From the NCBI GenBank assembly GCA_010909165.1, contig MU008157.1, positions 372,001-436,000 of the forward strand: DNA of 64,000 nucleotides, written 5' to 3'. The position numbers and the translations under genes are program-made. Source of the DNA: Anthoceros angustus (Eukaryota; Plantae; Anthocerotophyta). The notes beneath the pieces were generated by a model. That model searched no databases and had not been told where the DNA came from. It worked only from the letters and a program-made list of their open reading frames with translations. Position 1 is the first letter of the stretch. Every line of letters begins with the position of its first letter. This document shows, in pieces, positions 60,600 to 64,000 of this stretch.

Positions 60600-61088
60600 C
60601 TCTTCTTCCTTGATTCCTCGTTGTCGACAAGCACCTTTTCCTTGATTCCTCGCTATCCGACAAGCGCCTTTTCCTTGATTCCTCATTGTCGACAAGCCCC
60701 TTTTCCTTGATTCCTCATTGTCGACAAGCCCCTTTTCCTGTGATTCTTCCTCGCCTCGACAAGCCCCTTTTCCTTGATTCCTCCTCGTCGACAAGCACCC
60801 TTTTCCTTGATTCCTCGTCGACAAGCGCCTTTTCCTTGATTCCTCATCGACAAGCGCCTTTTCCTTGATTCCTCATTGTCGACAAGCCCCTTTTCCTGTG
60901 ATTCCTCGCTGTCTGACAAGCCCCCTTTTCCCTGTGATTCCTCACCATGTTCCATGTTGCACCCTCCTTCCTCCGACTCCTCGCCGCTTGACATGTACCC
61001 TTTTCCCTTTAATTCCTTGATGTCAAACATCCTCCACGCTCTTTCCTCCGATACCTCATTGTCGACAAGCACCCTTTTCCTGATTCCT
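60600..61088. repeat. ~33-bp tandem repeat
   Basis: TTCCTTGATTCCTC(A/G)TTGTCGACAAGC.CC.TT about 11 times. Confidence 0.9.
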
Positions 61089-61117
61089 GTGTGATTTACA
61101 AAGTAATATTATGCTCT

Positions 61118-62486
61118 GGTTTCACGCTAAAATGGAGTGAGAAGGAATTCTAGCCAAGACCAATGGGCAGTCACTTGTCCCTTAATTAAAAGTAATGCCT
61201 AATGATGCATACACATAATAGTGATTGTTTTAAGAATTAGTGAAAATCTCAAAATTCAAGCTCATGTAGTCACTTGTACTTTGTCTTAATAAGTAGTGCC
61301 TAAGGATACACACATATATAGTGGTCTTTTTAAGTTAAAAATCTCGGGATCCAAGGCCATATCGAGAAGTTCTTAATGTAAATATATCGAAACTCAAGGA
61401 CCATTTATACCTAAATACATTGGTAGAAAATAATTTTGGATATTACTTTTATAAAATTTTCAATTTCAAGGATTAAAAGTTGTTAAAGTTCCAAAACATA
61501 TCTAAAATAAGAATAATCTATATTTAGGTTTTATATTCCTTTTGATAATACATGCCCTCGGCTTGTGGACCAAAAGTGACCTTCTTAACGTGAAGTTTCC
61601 TTGATTTTTGGGTTCTCTCCGCTTTTTATTTATTTACTTCCGGCTCACTTTTTCTCGAAAATCAACTTAGCATGGATTCGCATGAACCCGAACCCGAGAA
61701 GAAAAGCCGACATGGCGAAGGAGAAAAAACTCAAACATCATAGAATGAGTAAATGAATCGTTTCTGAGTCGGAGTGTACTCTAGGTCCTTGTTTAAGAAC
61801 ATGGGAATTTCTTCAGGTCGGTCGAGACTGGGGCACCGGAACAAGCAACGGATGCCGTACACAGTTCCTGTGATAAATAATAGGTTGGGTGTCCATGGCA
61901 ACTGGATCAAACCCTTTACTTCTAATTTTTTGAGGGCATCCCATGACGCTTTGCAGTACCTTCCCAGCTTCTTGGCCGTGCGTCTCCTTGCCCGCGCTTC
62001 TCCTTTCTCCGTGCTTGGGACTTTTCTTGCAGATCCACTTACCATGTGGCTGCTTAGTTTACAACTAGTACCTGGAGGACCGCAATGCTCAACAACATCT
62101 GTTATTGGAGCGAATCAGCGCCTAAGTCTGCACCAAGTTTCCACCACAATAGGACAATGGTCTTTTCTACTAATGTATTTAGGTATAAATGGTCCTTGAG
62201 TTTCGATATATTTACATTAAGAACTTCTCGATATGGCCTTGGATCCTGAGATTTTTTCGTAAACTTAAAAAGACCACTATATATGTGTGTATCCTTAGGC
62301 ACTACTTATTAAGACAAAGTACAAGTGACTACATGAGCTTGAATTTTTGAGATTTTCACTAATTCTTAAAACAATCACTATTATGTGTATGCATCATTAG
62401 GCATTACTTTTAATTAAGGGACAAGTGACTCTGCCCATTGGTCTTGGCTAGAATTCCTTCTCACTCCATTTTTAGTGCGTGAAACC
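61118..62486. repeat. Long inverted repeat (61118-61430 / 62163-62486), ~730-bp spacer
   Basis: GGTTTCACGC..AAAATGGAGTGAGAAGG...TACATTGGTAGAAAA is present as a near-perfect reverse complement. No TSD seen. Confidence 0.92.
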
Positions 62487-62489
62487 TGT

Positions 62490-63650
62490 AGCAAGATGGT
62501 GTAGCCCGAGAGCAAACAGCCAAACACAGATGGTGTAGCCCGAGAGCAAACAGCCAAACACAGATGGTGTAGCCCGAGAGCAAACAGCCAAACACAGATG
62601 GTGTAGGCAGAGCAACCATACACGGATGGTGTGGCCGAGCAAACAGCCATACACGATGGTGTGGCGAGAGCAAAAACCACAGAGATGGTGTGGCAGAGCA
62701 ACCATACAGATGGTGTGGCGAGCAAACAGCCATACATGATGGTGTAGCCCGAGAGCAAACACCATCTCTATAATTTGCTCTCCGAGCAAACACCATCTCG
62801 TTCTATGGCCGCTCTCCGAGCAAACACCATCTCGTTCTATGTTTGCTCTCAGCAAACACCATCTGTTCTATGGGTTTGCTCTCGAGAGCAACACACCATC
62901 TCGTTCTATGGCTGTTTGCTCTCGAGAGCAAACACCATCTCGTTTTATGGTCGTTTGCTCTCCGAGCAAACACCATCTCTGTTTTATGGTGCTTGCTCTC
63001 AAGAGCAAACACCATCTCTGTTCTATGGCTGTTTGCTCTCGAAGAGCAAACAGCCATAGAACAGAGATGGTGTAGCCCGAGAGCAAACAGAGAAGCTGGA
63101 GAAGCCTTGGAAAGTGAAGAGTGCAACTATAAATGGTGTAGCGTGCACGCGCTTTCTGTGTAGCGTGTAGAGGCATAAAGCAAAAAACCATACTTGGTTT
63201 TTTATGTAGTGTGCACAGGCAAATAGTATGGTTTTTTATGTAGCGTGCACAGGCAGATAGCAAAGAACCATACATGGCCTTGCTTACACATAGCTTTGCC
63301 CAAGAACCATACATGGCCTTGCTTATACACAGCTTTGCCCAAGAACCATACATGGCCTTGCTTATACACAGCTTTGCCCAAGAACCATACATGGCCTTGC
63401 TTATACACAGCTTTGCCCAAGAACCATATATGGCCTTGCTTATATACAGCTTTGCCCAAGAACCATACATGGCCTTGCTTATACACAGCTTTGCCCAAGA
63501 ACCATACATGGCCTTGCTTATACACAACTTTGCCCCTCAGTAAGGTACAAGGGAGAATGAAAGAAAGCAAAGAACCATACATGGTTTTGCCCCTCAATAA
63601 GGTACAAAAGCACATGGAAGAAAAGTTAAAAACCATATATGGCCTTGCCT
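62490..63650. repeat. Satellite sub-arrays related to 52070-57435: reverse-oriented units, palindromic units and a 39-bp repeat x7
   Basis: GATGGTGTAGCCCGAGAGCAAACAGCC (62495-62760); GAGCAAACACCATCTCGTTCTATGGCTGTTTGCTCTC (62760-63090); CAAGAACCATACATGGCCTTGCTTATACACAGCTTTGCC (63260-63535). Confidence 0.92.
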
Positions 63651-64000
63651 CTCAATAGGATACAAGGGCACGTGAAAGGTTTAGTCAAATTGAACCTCTT
63701 CGGGCTATAGCCTAAAGAAACAACAAAAAAGAGACCCAACTAAAATCTTCCAAAGAACAGAGATGCCTTGCCCCTCATTCAATAGGGCACAAAGGTATAT
63801 GAAAGGCTTAGCGAAATTGCAACCCTATAGCAAAACAAGGGGCGAAGTGAATCTCCTCTACTCACTCTAGTGCAAGCATGAGGGAAGAGCGCGTAGCCCA
63901 CAAGGAGGGAAGAACGCGTGGCCCACACTTTATGTTTTGTTAATAGTTAAATGAACAAATAGTTCTTAGTATAAGACGTCAAAGGTGATCACCATGTTAT

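Noticed and set aside
52070-63650. CRISPR-like appearance of 34-39 bp partly palindromic repeats
   Set aside because: Units are head-to-tail without unique spacers, there are no cas genes, and the context is eukaryotic with introns.

Overview
Gene-dense nuclear DNA of a non-seed land plant. Short (~75-125 bp) introns, a TROL protein lacking its vascular-plant C-terminal motif and a long PLS-class PPR gene suggest a bryophyte, possibly a hornwort (inference). Apparently intact genes: TROL/STR4 (5' end outside the window), a two-exon TAXIMIN peptide gene missed by the ORF track, chloroplast Cu/Zn-SOD (8 exons), an At3g52610-like acyltransferase-fold gene, a divergent EXORDIUM/Phi-1 pair, a PLS-E PPR gene, a GA20ox-like 2OG-Fe(II) dioxygenase with a plastid-transit-like extension, DNMT2 (10 exons, GC-AG first intron) and tRNA-Ala(TGC), duplicated. 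Positions 4352-24622 are a PIF/Harbinger element (15-bp TIRs, TTA TSD) just upstream of the SOD TATA-like box. Its nuclease is split by a ~16.4-kb insertion carrying a decayed Sola2-type transposase and a RING-finger cargo gene. Also present: a HIRA pseudogene, an OTU relic beside an array of 20-bp palindromes, a CCCTA-terminus CACTA-like element, and a large family of hairpin-unit satellites bracketing an HMA5-like pseudogene. Homopolymer indels and four tandem duplications (~1.0 and ~1.72 kb) suggest an imperfectly polished long-read assembly, so some frameshifts and duplications may be artefacts. I found no clear-cut new multi-gene system. The best leads are the nested Sola2-like element, the satellite-bracketed HMA5 capture, the putatively plastid-targeted dioxygenase and the palindrome/OTU relic. 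All family calls come from motif recognition by eye, with no database search.
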